64,000 nucleotides of DNA from a phage. Under the pieces are notes generated by a model that had not been told where the DNA came from, did not search any database, and worked only from the letters and a program-made list of their open reading frames with translations. Of the stretch, positions 25,351 to 35,120 are shown in pieces (the first letter of the stretch is position 1; each line of letters opens with the position of its first letter). Position numbers and translations under genes: made by a program. The stretch is taken from sequence record PX994957.1; one strand, written 5' to 3'.

Positions 25351-26777
25351 TAAAATTTTAATTCATTTGCCAAAGCATCTAACTGAGCTCGAGTGGATTC
25401 ATTTCTTTGATAGCGATTCTGTTCAGCCTGAATCTGTTGTGAACCTGCTACTTCACTCACTTCAGTTGGAGTAGAATCTTGTTCAATTTCTACCCATTTT
25501 TGATTTCCTTTTTGAACACCCATCAAAAACTTATTCCACTTATTCTTATCACCATATCGTGATTTGATTTGCTTAATAAGTTGTTGTTCAGCAGCTGCTA
25601 GCTCCTCGGTTTCAATGACCGCAAGCATAAAATCAGCTGTTGCTGGAAGACCAGCAGATTCTGCAATATCGCTCATGTTAACATCGGAAGAGTCCCAAGC
25701 TTGTTTACCGACCTGTGCTGCAGTCCAAAGAACAGTTTCGGTTTCAACAGCCAGAGCACGCAATTCCTCTGCGATAGCTTTAACAGTTGTGTAACTATTT
25801 TCTGAATAAACTCTAATGCGGCAAGATTTACAAATACCTAGATAGTCGACAATAATGATTGTTGGAACAAAATTCTTCTTGAGCTTCAATTCATTCAAGA
25901 GAGACCTGAATGTGTTAGCATCTGCCCCACCAGTGGGATACTGTTTAACGATTAAACGACCAAGAGTAGATTTCTCACGCCATTTTTCCATTTTTCCTTT
26001 ATACTCAGCGTAAGAAATATGCCCATCATCAATGTCATCAAGAGAAACATCAAGCATATTAGCATCAATACGCTTAGCACAGACTTCTTCTGCCATTTCC
26101 ATGGAAATGTAAAGAACATTATGTCCGAGCTGCAAATAATCTGCTGCCAATGAACAAAGTCCTAATGATTTACCAACGTTAACGCCAGCCATTAAAACGT
26201 TCAGTGTCCCAGTCTCAGCTCCGCCTTTAGTAATTTTGTTTAGAATTCTGAGTTTAAATGGAACCTTACGAGCTTTATTCATATAAGATAGCCAACGTGC
26301 TTCGTAGTCATCCATCCAATCATGACCAACGTAACTATCAAATGAAATTGATAATGCTTGGCGCATGATGTCAGGAATAGCACCAACGTCCGGCATTTTC
26401 TTATTTCGTTTTTCCGGAGGAAGCTCAGCATTAGTTTGAATTTCGATTATTTTAGACGTAGCATTAAACATCGCCCTTTGCTGAACATATTTTTCTGTTT
26501 CTTTTACTAACCAGCTGTGGTCTTCCGGAGAATCAGCTAGTTTTGAAATAAGTGTTTTTACACCAGAATATTCTGTTTCAGTAAATGAACTATTTTCTAA
26601 TGCAACATTTAACGCATTAATAGATGGAACGCTATGGTACTCGTTAACATGAGATTTAATTAATTTGAACGTATTTTTAGCTGGACCACTTTCAAAATAT
26701 TCTGAATCCATATATGGCCAAACTTTTGAAAAATAAGCTTGATCAAATATGAGATGAGAAAGAATAATTTCTACCAC
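25350..26777 (-). CDS. 41: gp41 replicative DNA helicase (DnaB-like)
   Basis: 475 aa, equal to T4 gp41; Walker A GVNVGKS; GTG start behind SD AAGGAG. Confidence 0.93.
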   Translation of the reverse strand: MVEIILSHLIFDQAYFSKVWPYMDSEYFESGPAKNTFKLIKSHVNEYHSVPSINALNVALENSSFTETEYSGVKTLISKLADSPEDHSWLVKETEKYVQQRAMFNATSKIIEIQTNAELPPEKRNKKMPDVGAIPDIMRQALSISFDSYVGHDWMDDYEARWLSYMNKARKVPFKLRILNKITKGGAETGTLNVLMAGVNVGKSLGLCSLAADYLQLGHNVLYISMEMAEEVCAKRIDANMLDVSLDDIDDGHISYAEYKGKMEKWREKSTLGRLIVKQYPTGGADANTFRSLLNELKLKKNFVPTIIIVDYLGICKSCRIRVYSENSYTTVKAIAEELRALAVETETVLWTAAQVGKQAWDSSDVNMSDIAESAGLPATADFMLAVIETEELAAAEQQLIKQIKSRYGDKNKWNKFLMGVQKGNQKWVEIEQDSTPTEVSEVAGSQQIQAEQNRYQRNESTRAQLDALANELKF

Positions 26778-26786
26778 ACTTACTCC

Positions 26787-27131
26787 TTAAAAGAATTTAA
26801 ACTTTTTCTTTGACCTTTTATTAAATGCATCTTGTAGTTGCATTGTAATACATTTTTCTACATGAGGAGCTAACTCAGCTTTTCTTTTTTGGTCAAGAAC
26901 AGCAAAGTCCATTACGACTTTTCCATCAACCCAATCTAATTTTGTCACATACACAATATGTGTAGAACCATCTTCTAGTTTAATGACAATCTCCTGGATA
27001 ACATTTTCCATGGCAGATTTAATTATCTTAAGAGATTCATTAAAAAGACGTTCTTTTCTTTCTTCTTCCCCCTCCGAAGAGGGGGATTCATCGATAATTT
27101 CTAGATCTAAATCTAAATCATCTTTATTCAT
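26787..27131 (-). CDS. 40: gp40 head-vertex assembly chaperone
   Basis: 114 aa from ATG 27131 with SD GGAAGAA (track GTG start gives 120 aa); position between uvsX and 41. Confidence 0.65.
   Translation of the reverse strand: MNKDDLDLDLEIIDESPSSEGEEERKERLFNESLKIIKSAMENVIQEIVIKLEDGSTHIVYVTKLDWVDGKVVMDFAVLDQKRKAELAPHVEKCITMQLQDAFNKRSKKKFKFF
27068..27085 (-). other. GC-rich UUCG-loop hairpin inside the gp40 coding sequence
   Basis: CCCCCTC CGAA GAGGGGG perfect 7-bp G/C stem in an otherwise AT-rich region; encodes SPSSEGEE. Confidence 0.6.
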
Positions 27132-28305
27132 TAAATTCTTCCATATCACTTAACTGCTCGAGGTCAGTTTCTAAATCAGCTGCTGATTTACTTTTACTTT
27201 CTGGAGATTTAAATTTTTCAACCTTTGAGTTAATCAATTCATCAACTTCAGCTTCAACAATTTCATTACTATCAATAGCACCTAACTGATAAGCACGTTT
27301 AATAGCATCTCGGAATGGTTGATGCTTAAATAAAGGACCCCAGAATGTAGTGCAGTTGGTATCTTTTGCACGCCAAGATTTTTCTTCGCGAATCATCTCG
27401 CCGGTTTCTTCGTCAAGAAATTCACGAGCATACCAACCATTCTTAGGTTTTACTACAAATCCTAATTCTAGAGCCATATCTAACAATCCAGAATAAGGAT
27501 CGATACCACCGTCAAATTTAACATCAATAAAGAATTTACTTTTTTCTTTAACGGTACGAGATTTTTCTACATTTAGAACAAATTGATACCCCTGAAGATC
27601 AGAACCATCTTTAATCTGACGCTTACCGATAATGAATACAGTATCAGCCGAATACATTACGCCTGTACCACCTGTCATCACGGTTTTACTAAACATTTCA
27701 ATTGTTTCAATTGTATGGTTAACCGCAACACATGGAATATTTTTAATGCTAAAATAAGGAGTAACAATACGAAATAATGACTTCAGTGATTTAGCACGAG
27801 TCATATCTGCCACAGATTTTTCATTCAAGGCGTCTTCCGTTTCTTTCTTAGAAGCCATATTACCGATTGAGTCGATGAATACAATAACCTTTTCACCACG
27901 CTCAATAGCTTCAAGTTGATTCACCATATCAATTTTCAGCTGTTCAACTGACTGAATTGGCGTATGAATTACTCGTTCCGGGTCAACTCCCATGGATCGC
28001 AAATAAGCTGGAGTAATACCAAATTCGCTATCATAGAATAGACAAACCGCGTCAGGATATTTGTTCAAATATGCCGCAACCATAGTCAAAGACATATTTG
28101 ATTTAAAGTGTTTAGAAGGCCCTGCGAAAATAGTTAAACCAGACTGCATACCGCCATCAATCGCACCAGAAATAGCAATATTCAGCATTGGAATTTTTGT
28201 ACGGATTACATCCTTTTCATTAAAGAATTTAGATGTAGTCAGTTCAGCAGTCATTTTAGAAGTGGAAGCTTTAATCAAACGGGATTTTAAATCTGCAATA
28301 GACAT
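27124..28305 (-). CDS. uvsX: UvsX recombinase (RecA-like)
   Basis: 393 aa (T4 UvsX about 391 aa); Walker A GPSKHFKS; RecA-fold region. Confidence 0.92.
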   Translation of the reverse strand: MSIADLKSRLIKASTSKMTAELTTSKFFNEKDVIRTKIPMLNIAISGAIDGGMQSGLTIFAGPSKHFKSNMSLTMVAAYLNKYPDAVCLFYDSEFGITPAYLRSMGVDPERVIHTPIQSVEQLKIDMVNQLEAIERGEKVIVFIDSIGNMASKKETEDALNEKSVADMTRAKSLKSLFRIVTPYFSIKNIPCVAVNHTIETIEMFSKTVMTGGTGVMYSADTVFIIGKRQIKDGSDLQGYQFVLNVEKSRTVKEKSKFFIDVKFDGGIDPYSGLLDMALELGFVVKPKNGWYAREFLDEETGEMIREEKSWRAKDTNCTTFWGPLFKHQPFRDAIKRAYQLGAIDSNEIVEAEVDELINSKVEKFKSPESKSKSAADLETDLEQLSDMEEFNE

Positions 28306-28384
28306 TCATTTTTTTTCCATAGGCATCATTATATTTTCCTCACTGGTTAAAGATAGAGTAATTATAACACAATAAATTTAGGCA

Positions 28385-29227
28385 TTAATCAACTGCTATT
28401 GGATGAATAGCATTAAACTTATGAAATGCTTCTGATTTTTCTTTACGTGAAACGCACATGCGAAGAACCTTTAATGGCTCGTCTTCTTCACCCAACGATT
28501 TTCGTTTTTCAATATTCGACGTTTTCCAACGAGCTTGCTCTGGAAACTCTCTATTGATTTGCTCAAGCGCTCTATTATGTTTAGAATTACTACGAATTGA
28601 ACTGCACCCGCCAGGAGCTTGTGCTTTTCCAGATACAACCAGATATTTGAACAAGGCCAAATGCGGATAACCTTGATTAATTAAATTGAGAAATGCATAC
28701 ATATCTTCGCACAAATCAATTTTTCCATACCCAATTTGTTCTGTCGTAAGTTTTCCAAGGTCATACCATGTATTCGTGAATCCATATGAATTTTCACGAT
28801 AATTACCCCAAGATGAAGTAATTTTAAAAATAGGTAGACGAGCATGACCATGATAATACCCGCAATCCATGGCATCTTCGACGTATTGAATCAATTCATA
28901 GAACTGTTCATGAGTCAATTGATTAACTTTATCCACACAACGACGGTCATCTCTTTTTCGCATTGAACTCATACGAATAGTAGTATCATCGTCAATCATC
29001 CAGATTCGTTGACCTGCATACATATCAGTAATTGCTTTACGAGTACCGGCAATTCCGTTTACATCATCAGGAATAGTTATAATTTTAGCTCTAGACCCAT
29101 AGGCATCATAATAAGCTTTTTCTTCATGTTCACGCACTACAATATGGGGTTCATAATCAGTCGGAAACATATCAAGGGCAGAAACTGCCCCGACACGCTG
29201 ATAACTTGGAATTACGAATTGAATCAT
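28385..29227 (-). CDS. GT-A-like glycosyltransferase at the beta-gt position; candidate beta-alpha glucosyltransferase
   Basis: 280 aa from ATG 29227 (ATGA overlap with gene 42 stop); DxD-like MIDDDTTI; too short for T4 beta-gt (351 aa, GT-B). Confidence 0.6.
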   Translation of the reverse strand: MIQFVIPSYQRVGAVSALDMFPTDYEPHIVVREHEEKAYYDAYGSRAKIITIPDDVNGIAGTRKAITDMYAGQRIWMIDDDTTIRMSSMRKRDDRRCVDKVNQLTHEQFYELIQYVEDAMDCGYYHGHARLPIFKITSSWGNYRENSYGFTNTWYDLGKLTTEQIGYGKIDLCEDMYAFLNLINQGYPHLALFKYLVVSGKAQAPGGCSSIRSNSKHNRALEQINREFPEQARWKTSNIEKRKSLGEEDEPLKVLRMCVSRKEKSEAFHKFNAIHPIAVD

Positions 29228-29964
29228 TTCCACTCACCTTTATAGTCTTTTTTCACAATATGAGTTTCGCCAGTATTCCACCAATGATCAACCAAGTAAA
29301 AATGACGAGAATATACATGAAGACTTCCGACATTCCATATAATAGAACCTGCTTTATACTGACGAGTTGAATCGCCGGCATTCAAATCAGATACTAATTT
29401 ATCTAATACGTATTTTTGCCATGCATAATCATTACGGAATCCGAAGACTACGTCATTTGAGCGCATGCTTACTACTGCATTGACTTTCTTATCACGAATC
29501 AGGTACTGTACTGTATTAGTACACATGAAATCTGACATGCCATCTTTATTGTAGTCAAATTGCATGGATGGACGAGTATAAATCATGATACCACGTCGAG
29601 AATCAGGATTTTGACCAAGTTCAGCTAAACACATATCATACTGAGCATAGTTATCTTCTGACCAAATAGCCCAACCATAATTCGAGTTAATTTCGCCTTT
29701 AGAAGATGCTACCTGCTGCCAAATCTTTGGTGTTTCACCTGGAATATCTTTAACAAACAAGCTCTTAGATTTATACCATTCAAGTTCGCGCTGAATGTAT
29801 TCATCATTAAGAGCGCCAAAAATAAACGGTTCATCTGCTACAAATGATGCGCCAATAATTTCAATAGTTTTAACACCAGTTTTATCAACTACGAAATCTT
29901 TTTCCTTTAATGCAGTTCCCAAATAAAAACGGATTTCTTCAACTGTCATAGAGTCATTAATCAT
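29224..29964 (-). CDS. 42: gp42 dCMP hydroxymethylase
   Basis: 246 aa, equal to T4 gp42; thymidylate-synthase-like fold. Confidence 0.92.
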   Translation of the reverse strand: MINDSMTVEEIRFYLGTALKEKDFVVDKTGVKTIEIIGASFVADEPFIFGALNDEYIQRELEWYKSKSLFVKDIPGETPKIWQQVASSKGEINSNYGWAIWSEDNYAQYDMCLAELGQNPDSRRGIMIYTRPSMQFDYNKDGMSDFMCTNTVQYLIRDKKVNAVVSMRSNDVVFGFRNDYAWQKYVLDKLVSDLNAGDSTRQYKAGSIIWNVGSLHVYSRHFYLVDHWWNTGETHIVKKDYKGEWK

Positions 29965-29971
29965 TTAAACC

Positions 29972-30121
29972 TCAATTGATGCATTCATATTTAAATTGTA
30001 ACAGTAATAAACCCCACCCTATGATAAGAGTTGGAATCATAGCAGGAACTGTTACGCTATAGTATATACTTATTATAACCATCAAGATTAAAAGCAACAC
30101 TGTTATAATTTTGCTTTTCAT
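29972..30121 (-). CDS. 49-aa membrane peptide
   Basis: ATG overlaps imm stop (ATGA), SD AGAAGGA; MKSKIITVLLLILMVIISIYYSVTVPAMIPTLIIGWGLLLL; absent from ORF track. Confidence 0.4.
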   Translation of the reverse strand: MKSKIITVLLLILMVIISIYYSVTVPAMIPTLIIGWGLLLLQFKYECIN

Positions 30122-30369
30122 TCCTTCTCTCTGATGATAATTACTTGATTTGGTTGTGCGGATTTTTTAGTTTCACCCGCAATTGACCAAATAAATGTAA
30201 TAAACCAACCAATAATTGACCAGTTAAACAGTAAAGATGTGAAAAAGATTCCTACTGTTGATTTTGACCCACGCATCAAGGCGATGAACCATGGAAGCAT
30301 GTATATAATAATAGCCAACACACCTGAAACTAAAACCATAAAAATTGAACCTGCTACTAAAGTTTCCAT
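30118..30369 (-). CDS. imm: Imm superinfection immunity membrane protein
   Basis: 83 aa, equal to T4 Imm; two hydrophobic helices; between 42 and 43. Confidence 0.82.
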   Translation of the reverse strand: METLVAGSIFMVLVSGVLAIIIYMLPWFIALMRGSKSTVGIFFTSLLFNWSIIGWFITFIWSIAGETKKSAQPNQVIIIREKE

Positions 30370-30376
30370 GCTTTCC

Positions 30377-30757
30377 TCACTTAGTCAAATTTTTTACACA
30401 TGAATTATAAGAATTCACTACATACTCCATCGGAGCATTTTTACCAGTACGCCATTGGTAATTATTAGCCCAATTAGCCCAAAGTTCGGCGCAGTAGTTT
30501 TCAATTTTTTCTTCGCGTGTAATTACATCTGAATTACGATATGCTTGAGCAGATTCATCTGGACGAATAGCTTCGTCAAAATTTGCCTGCATTTGTTCTA
30601 CTGTTTGCTTTGGAGCTTCTTTATAACACTTGACATTAGGATTATAAAACTTGCTTGAACAGTTTACAATTTTTCCTACATCAGACTGATTTACTACCGG
30701 TCCTTGAGCCACACAACCAGTAAGACCTAATGCAATAACCAAAATAGCGATTTTCAT
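30377..30757 (-). CDS. lipoprotein (imm.1-type)
   Basis: 126 aa; signal peptide + lipobox MKIAILVIALGLTGC; SD GAGGAAATTATT. Confidence 0.6.
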   Translation of the reverse strand: MKIAILVIALGLTGCVAQGPVVNQSDVGKIVNCSSKFYNPNVKCYKEAPKQTVEQMQANFDEAIRPDESAQAYRNSDVITREEKIENYCAELWANWANNYQWRTGKNAPMEYVVNSYNSCVKNLTK

Positions 30758-30767
30758 AATAATTTCC

Positions 30768-31004
30768 TCAAATGCAAGTAGTAATTACTCCAGTAGTGCT
30801 TATGCAGGTATTACCAATTTGCACACCTAAAGATCCATTTGTATTCACATGAAGATTATCATCAATTTTAACTGATATTTTACCATTAGTGTGAATAACG
30901 GTGCTAGATTCAATCACAGGTTGAGTATCATTTTCAACACTAACAAATGGAACTGCTGCTAATGCAACTAAACAAACTGCTAAGCATCCCATAACAATTT
31001 TCAT
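30768..31004 (-). CDS. small exported protein with signal peptide
   Basis: 78 aa from ATG 31004 with SD GGAGAATAAA; MKIVMGCLAVCLVALAAVPFVS. Confidence 0.5.
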   Translation of the reverse strand: MKIVMGCLAVCLVALAAVPFVSVENDTQPVIESSTVIHTNGKISVKIDDNLHVNTNGSLGVQIGNTCISTTGVITTCI

Positions 31005-31041
31005 TTTATTCTCCAAATCCGTATCAGTAGTTGATAGTTGT

Positions 31042-31071
31042 ATAGTACCATGGAAGAACATTCTTGTAAAC
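31042..31071 (-). promoter_or_regulatory. T-even early promoter
   Basis: GTTTAC (31066-31071), 18-nt spacer, TACTAT (31042-31047); conserved leader. Confidence 0.55.
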
Positions 31072-31158
31072 AGTTTTGTGAAAATTTTTTAGGGAATTTT
31101 AAATGTCCAGAATCATCTGTTTTTCATAAGTATAGATTTATATTACTTGTATGAAAAA

Positions 31159-31174
31159 GGGACCCGGAGGTCCC
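31159..31174 (-). terminator. intrinsic terminator after gene 43
   Basis: GGGACC CGGA GGTCCC hairpin followed on minus strand by UUUUUCAUAC. Confidence 0.6.
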
Positions 31175-31187
31175 TAGATTTATTCTA

Positions 31188-33884
31188 TCAGCCAAACAGG
31201 AAGTCTAACGAAGCTTTTTCTTCATAGTCCATACCAGCCGATTCACACATGCCCGCAAGCGGTTTAACAAACGATTTTTGGAACAAAGTTGAGTAGTCAA
31301 TCCAAAACAGTACGTCAGAACGAATTTCTTTTGGAAGTTCTGTACCCGACGGCCAAGCAATGCATTTGTCACCAAATGGATTTCCTTCACGCAATGGAAG
31401 AACCATTACTTTATTTCCATCCAAAATTGGAGCTACACCTAAACCGCTAACAGCTCGACGATAAGTTAGCACACCACGAATATGGAACGGACATTTAAAT
31501 CCTGGCCAACCTTTATCATCATATTTCGCTATATCGTTCGCAGTTTTTACTTCAGCAATAACTTTATAATCAAGTTGACGATATTCTTTCTCAAAGTTCT
31601 TGTAGTATTCTTGGACAGACTCTTCACCTTCTTGAAGAATACGACGAATACTTTCTTCGAGAGCTTCTTGGACCGCTTTAGGCGTTGAACTCTGCTGAGT
31701 TTCCATACCCATGATTTTTAGATGTGGTTCAGCAAAACGCTTATCTTCCATATCATAAACGTTCAGAGCATAACGCTTTTTCGCTTTCCAAAATCCACCA
31801 ACACCCTTTGAACCAAGCGGAGGGCAAGAAATAGCTTCACGGTCCATATGCATCAGATGCTCGCGGTTATTCATATAATCACATAACTCACGATATGCAA
31901 CATCAATCATAGGTTCCATCTTTTTCTTACCAAACTGATTCATGAATTCAACTAAATCATTTTGTTCTTTAAAGCGGTCAAGACCTACTTTTTCAATTAC
32001 TTTATCTACACAAACATATACCGAATCAGTATCACCTGCTGCGATGAAATCTTCACCATTAGTTCCACATACTTTATTCAGATATTCATTAATTTTGCGA
32101 GCAATCCACTGAATACCGACTTGACCGAAAATTGTGATAGCAGTAGCATTTCGCAAATCATAGTAACGGAAATGAATATTACCAAGAGCACCATAAAGAC
32201 TGTTAATAAGAATTTTACGGTTCAGCTGATTTGTGTTAGCAAGTGTAGCTGCTTTTTCACATTCTTCGATCAGACTATTAAGAACAGATTCGGTGTAATT
32301 CGATAATTCGTTTAAGAAATCATCACTGAACTTAACATATCGTTCAACTTCTGGTTTAGTTGAGCAAGACCCTGCGCCTTTCATAATAATCTTTTTAATA
32401 GCTTCGGCATTCATTTCTTCCGCGAACATTTTCTTTTTCCAATCTTTACGCTGGAAAAATACTTTAGCGATTTCCTTTGGAATGATACCTTCTTGGTGCT
32501 TATCATACATCCATCCATTCGGAGAGCAAGAATATTCATCACTTGGCTTAGGAGCTGTTCCTGCGATATATTCATGAATTGGATGAACTTTAAACTGCCC
32601 ACGAATAGTCTCAGGACTAATGTTAACCTGACGAATAATGCTAGGATACAGAGACGTCAAGTCAAAACTCATAATGTATCGACGAGCAATCGGTTTAGGT
32701 TCAAACACAAATGCACCTGGAAAACTCTGTTTAACGTGCGAACCTTGTTGAGGAATAACCTTATGTTCACCTTTCAGTGAGTTAAAAATAATAGCATCCC
32801 AAGTTTTAATAGGACTCATTACACCAGAAAAAGGCATTTTAGCGTAATAAGACATACTTAAAACTAGATCGATAAACCCACGAATTTTATCAATTGCTTG
32901 AACTGATTCTACGTCAATGATGTTATAACTAATGTATCTCTGATGATTAGTCTCACGAAGTTTATTAATAGGACCATCATACGGTAATTTACCTTTTTTG
33001 GTTTCATGCTGAGCAACTGATTCCAAAGAGAATGACGGCAAATTAGTAAATGCGAATTTCTTATACAAATCTAAATAATCAAGAATAGATACGCCATCAA
33101 TAGAATAAATTTCTTTGCTACCGTACACATTTTGAATTAGTTTAGATTTTACTCGACCGATTGGAGAGAAGCGTTTCATACTACGTTCACCGAGAACCAT
33201 TTTAACGCGATTCATGATATACGGAACGTCAAATCCCTCAATATTCCAACCAGTAAAAATAGCAGGTCGTTTCTGTTCCCAAAGATTGATATATTCCATG
33301 AGCATATCACGCTCATTATCAAATGACATATAAATTACTCGGTCAAGAATTTCTTGAGGAACTTCATCACCACCTTCGCAGTCGAGCTTAGCAGCTAACT
33401 TTGCATCCCATTTTGATACTGAACCGTACATTGAATTCAAAAGGTCGAAAACATAAAAACGATCGTCAATTGAATCATAATGAGTGATAGCATCAATTTC
33501 ATATTCAGCTTTCATTGGATCAGGAAATTTATCACCAGTAACCTCAATGTCACAGTTAGCTACACGAACAAATTTTCGGTCATAAACAATTTCTGAACCA
33601 TACGTATCACTGATATAAGCGAGTTTAAAATCGTTCATACCAAGAGCTTCGAGACCGATGTCTTCCATTCGCTTCATCCAATCTCGAGCATCTTTCATTG
33701 ATGGAAATTTTTGAGGAGCGCAATTTTTACCATAGATGTCTTTGTATTTTGACTCTTCCTTACAATGTCTAAACATAGTTGGAAGATATTCTACTTCACG
33801 AGTACGTTCCTTTCCATTTTCATCAATATAACGTTCAACAATGTTATTTCCGACTGTTTCGATAGAGATATAAAATTCTTTCAT
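31188..33884 (-). CDS. 43: gp43 DNA polymerase (family B)
   Basis: 898 aa, equal to T4 gp43; exo and pol motifs (FDIE, SLYPSII, YGDTDS); N- and C-termini as recalled for T4. Confidence 0.96.
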   Translation of the reverse strand: MKEFYISIETVGNNIVERYIDENGKERTREVEYLPTMFRHCKEESKYKDIYGKNCAPQKFPSMKDARDWMKRMEDIGLEALGMNDFKLAYISDTYGSEIVYDRKFVRVANCDIEVTGDKFPDPMKAEYEIDAITHYDSIDDRFYVFDLLNSMYGSVSKWDAKLAAKLDCEGGDEVPQEILDRVIYMSFDNERDMLMEYINLWEQKRPAIFTGWNIEGFDVPYIMNRVKMVLGERSMKRFSPIGRVKSKLIQNVYGSKEIYSIDGVSILDYLDLYKKFAFTNLPSFSLESVAQHETKKGKLPYDGPINKLRETNHQRYISYNIIDVESVQAIDKIRGFIDLVLSMSYYAKMPFSGVMSPIKTWDAIIFNSLKGEHKVIPQQGSHVKQSFPGAFVFEPKPIARRYIMSFDLTSLYPSIIRQVNISPETIRGQFKVHPIHEYIAGTAPKPSDEYSCSPNGWMYDKHQEGIIPKEIAKVFFQRKDWKKKMFAEEMNAEAIKKIIMKGAGSCSTKPEVERYVKFSDDFLNELSNYTESVLNSLIEECEKAATLANTNQLNRKILINSLYGALGNIHFRYYDLRNATAITIFGQVGIQWIARKINEYLNKVCGTNGEDFIAAGDTDSVYVCVDKVIEKVGLDRFKEQNDLVEFMNQFGKKKMEPMIDVAYRELCDYMNNREHLMHMDREAISCPPLGSKGVGGFWKAKKRYALNVYDMEDKRFAEPHLKIMGMETQQSSTPKAVQEALEESIRRILQEGEESVQEYYKNFEKEYRQLDYKVIAEVKTANDIAKYDDKGWPGFKCPFHIRGVLTYRRAVSGLGVAPILDGNKVMVLPLREGNPFGDKCIAWPSGTELPKEIRSDVLFWIDYSTLFQKSFVKPLAGMCESAGMDYEEKASLDFLFG

Positions 33885-33890
33885 AGATAT

Positions 33891-33925
33891 TCCTTAGTTT
33901 ATAGCCCGAGTTATTAGGCTCTTGA
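33891..33925 (-). promoter_or_regulatory. gene 43 translational operator hairpin plus SD
   Basis: minus-strand GAGCCUAAUAACUCGGGCU hairpin directly 5' of SD AAGGAAUAUCUAUG, matching the gp43 autoregulatory operator as recalled. Confidence 0.55.
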
Positions 33926-33942
33926 TATATTATACTCCAAAT

Positions 33943-33960
33943 AAGGGGCCGAAGCCCCTT
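33943..33960 (-). terminator. UUCG-loop hairpin
   Basis: AAGGGGC CGAA GCCCCTT immediately after stop at 33963. Confidence 0.5.
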
Positions 33961-33962
33961 GC

Positions 33963-34184
33963 TTAAATTAATACCAGTTGTCGGTGAAAAATTGTCAATC
34001 CATCTGCATTAATTGACTTAACGACTGCTGTAAAATGTTTTTGTTCTGGATGAACTAGTTTTTGAAATTCTACTTGAAATTTTAGTTGGAGGTTTTCTGG
34101 TAAATCAAAAAGCGTTTCTGTCGCAGAAAGATTATATTTTTCTTTAAGAGACGTCATGTATTCTTGTGGAGTTATAGCAGTCAT
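33963..34184 (-). CDS. hypothetical protein between regA and 43
   Basis: 73 aa from ATG 34184 (TAATATG junction with regA stop). Confidence 0.45.
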   Translation of the reverse strand: MTAITPQEYMTSLKEKYNLSATETLFDLPENLQLKFQVEFQKLVHPEQKHFTAVVKSINADGLTIFHRQLVLI

Positions 34185-34185
34185 A

Positions 34186-34554
34186 TTAATTACCAATCGT
34201 ATATTTAGGAACGAGTTTCCATTCATGTTTTTGTTTAAAAGAAATAACTCGGAAGTTATTAGTTAAATCTTTCATAAAAGTTCTTTGACCAGGGACGATT
34301 TCAATCAGTCCCCAATCTTCTAACAGCCATGCAATCGAATCACGACGAACTTCATCTTCTTCTGTCATTTCAACTTGACGGCCATCCATACGAAGCATTT
34401 CTTTAAAATGAACGATATAGTATAGTCCTTTTTTCTGAAGAATATGACAGGACTGATACAGAACTTTATCTTTATTATTAGCAATTCCCATACGAGTCAA
34501 AGTTTCTTTTACTTTCAGAAAATCTTCAGGTTTTTTAAGAGTAATTTCAATCAT
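34186..34554 (-). CDS. regA: RegA translational repressor
   Basis: 122 aa, equal to T4 RegA; between 62 and 43. Confidence 0.88.
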   Translation of the reverse strand: MIEITLKKPEDFLKVKETLTRMGIANNKDKVLYQSCHILQKKGLYYIVHFKEMLRMDGRQVEMTEEDEVRRDSIAWLLEDWGLIEIVPGQRTFMKDLTNNFRVISFKQKHEWKLVPKYTIGN

Positions 34555-34555
34555 T

Positions 34556-35119
34556 TTACCATTCCAATGCTAGTTTTTTGAGTTGTTTCTGTTCTTTTAC
34601 GTTCTTAGTCACTTCTTTCAAAAAATCATCCGTGACTAAACCTTTTAGTTCTTTTAATACTAAAGGAAGTTTTCCATTTTTAGTAAGAATTGATTTATAG
34701 TTAATTGCATCATTTGTATTAACTTGATAACGCTTAGCAAGTAACTTAATAATCAATACTTCGGTGGAATCTTCAACTAGTTTTGCCCATTTACCATATC
34801 TTTTACCACGAGGAACTGCAGCCATTAGATAATTAAAATGGGCTTCATCACTTAAGCCTGATCCAATTAAATTCATAGCATATACAGCTGGCATGCACTC
34901 TGGAAATTGTGATAATGCATTTTCAACCATGAATTTTGAATAATCTTTTTGAGCAATAGAGCATTTAGTTTTATTATTAATAGCTCCAATTATTTCAAAA
35001 AACTCATTTTCAGCTTTTTCTTTAAAAGTATCAGCAGAAGATTGGACAGCTGTCCAATCTTTAGAATACCAAGCAACTTGATGCTCGTTTAATTGAATAT
35101 CATCTTCAAATAAGCTCAT
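34556..35119 (-). CDS. 62: gp62 clamp-loader subunit
   Basis: 187 aa from ATG 35119, equal to T4 gp62; track start is GTG. Confidence 0.85.
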   Translation of the reverse strand: MSLFEDDIQLNEHQVAWYSKDWTAVQSSADTFKEKAENEFFEIIGAINNKTKCSIAQKDYSKFMVENALSQFPECMPAVYAMNLIGSGLSDEAHFNYLMAAVPRGKRYGKWAKLVEDSTEVLIIKLLAKRYQVNTNDAINYKSILTKNGKLPLVLKELKGLVTDDFLKEVTKNVKEQKQLKKLALEW

Positions 35120-35120
35120 A

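Noticed and set aside
31205-31390. 61-aa ORF at the 3' end of gene 43
   Set aside because: Embedded out of frame in the DNA polymerase gene; no independent signals
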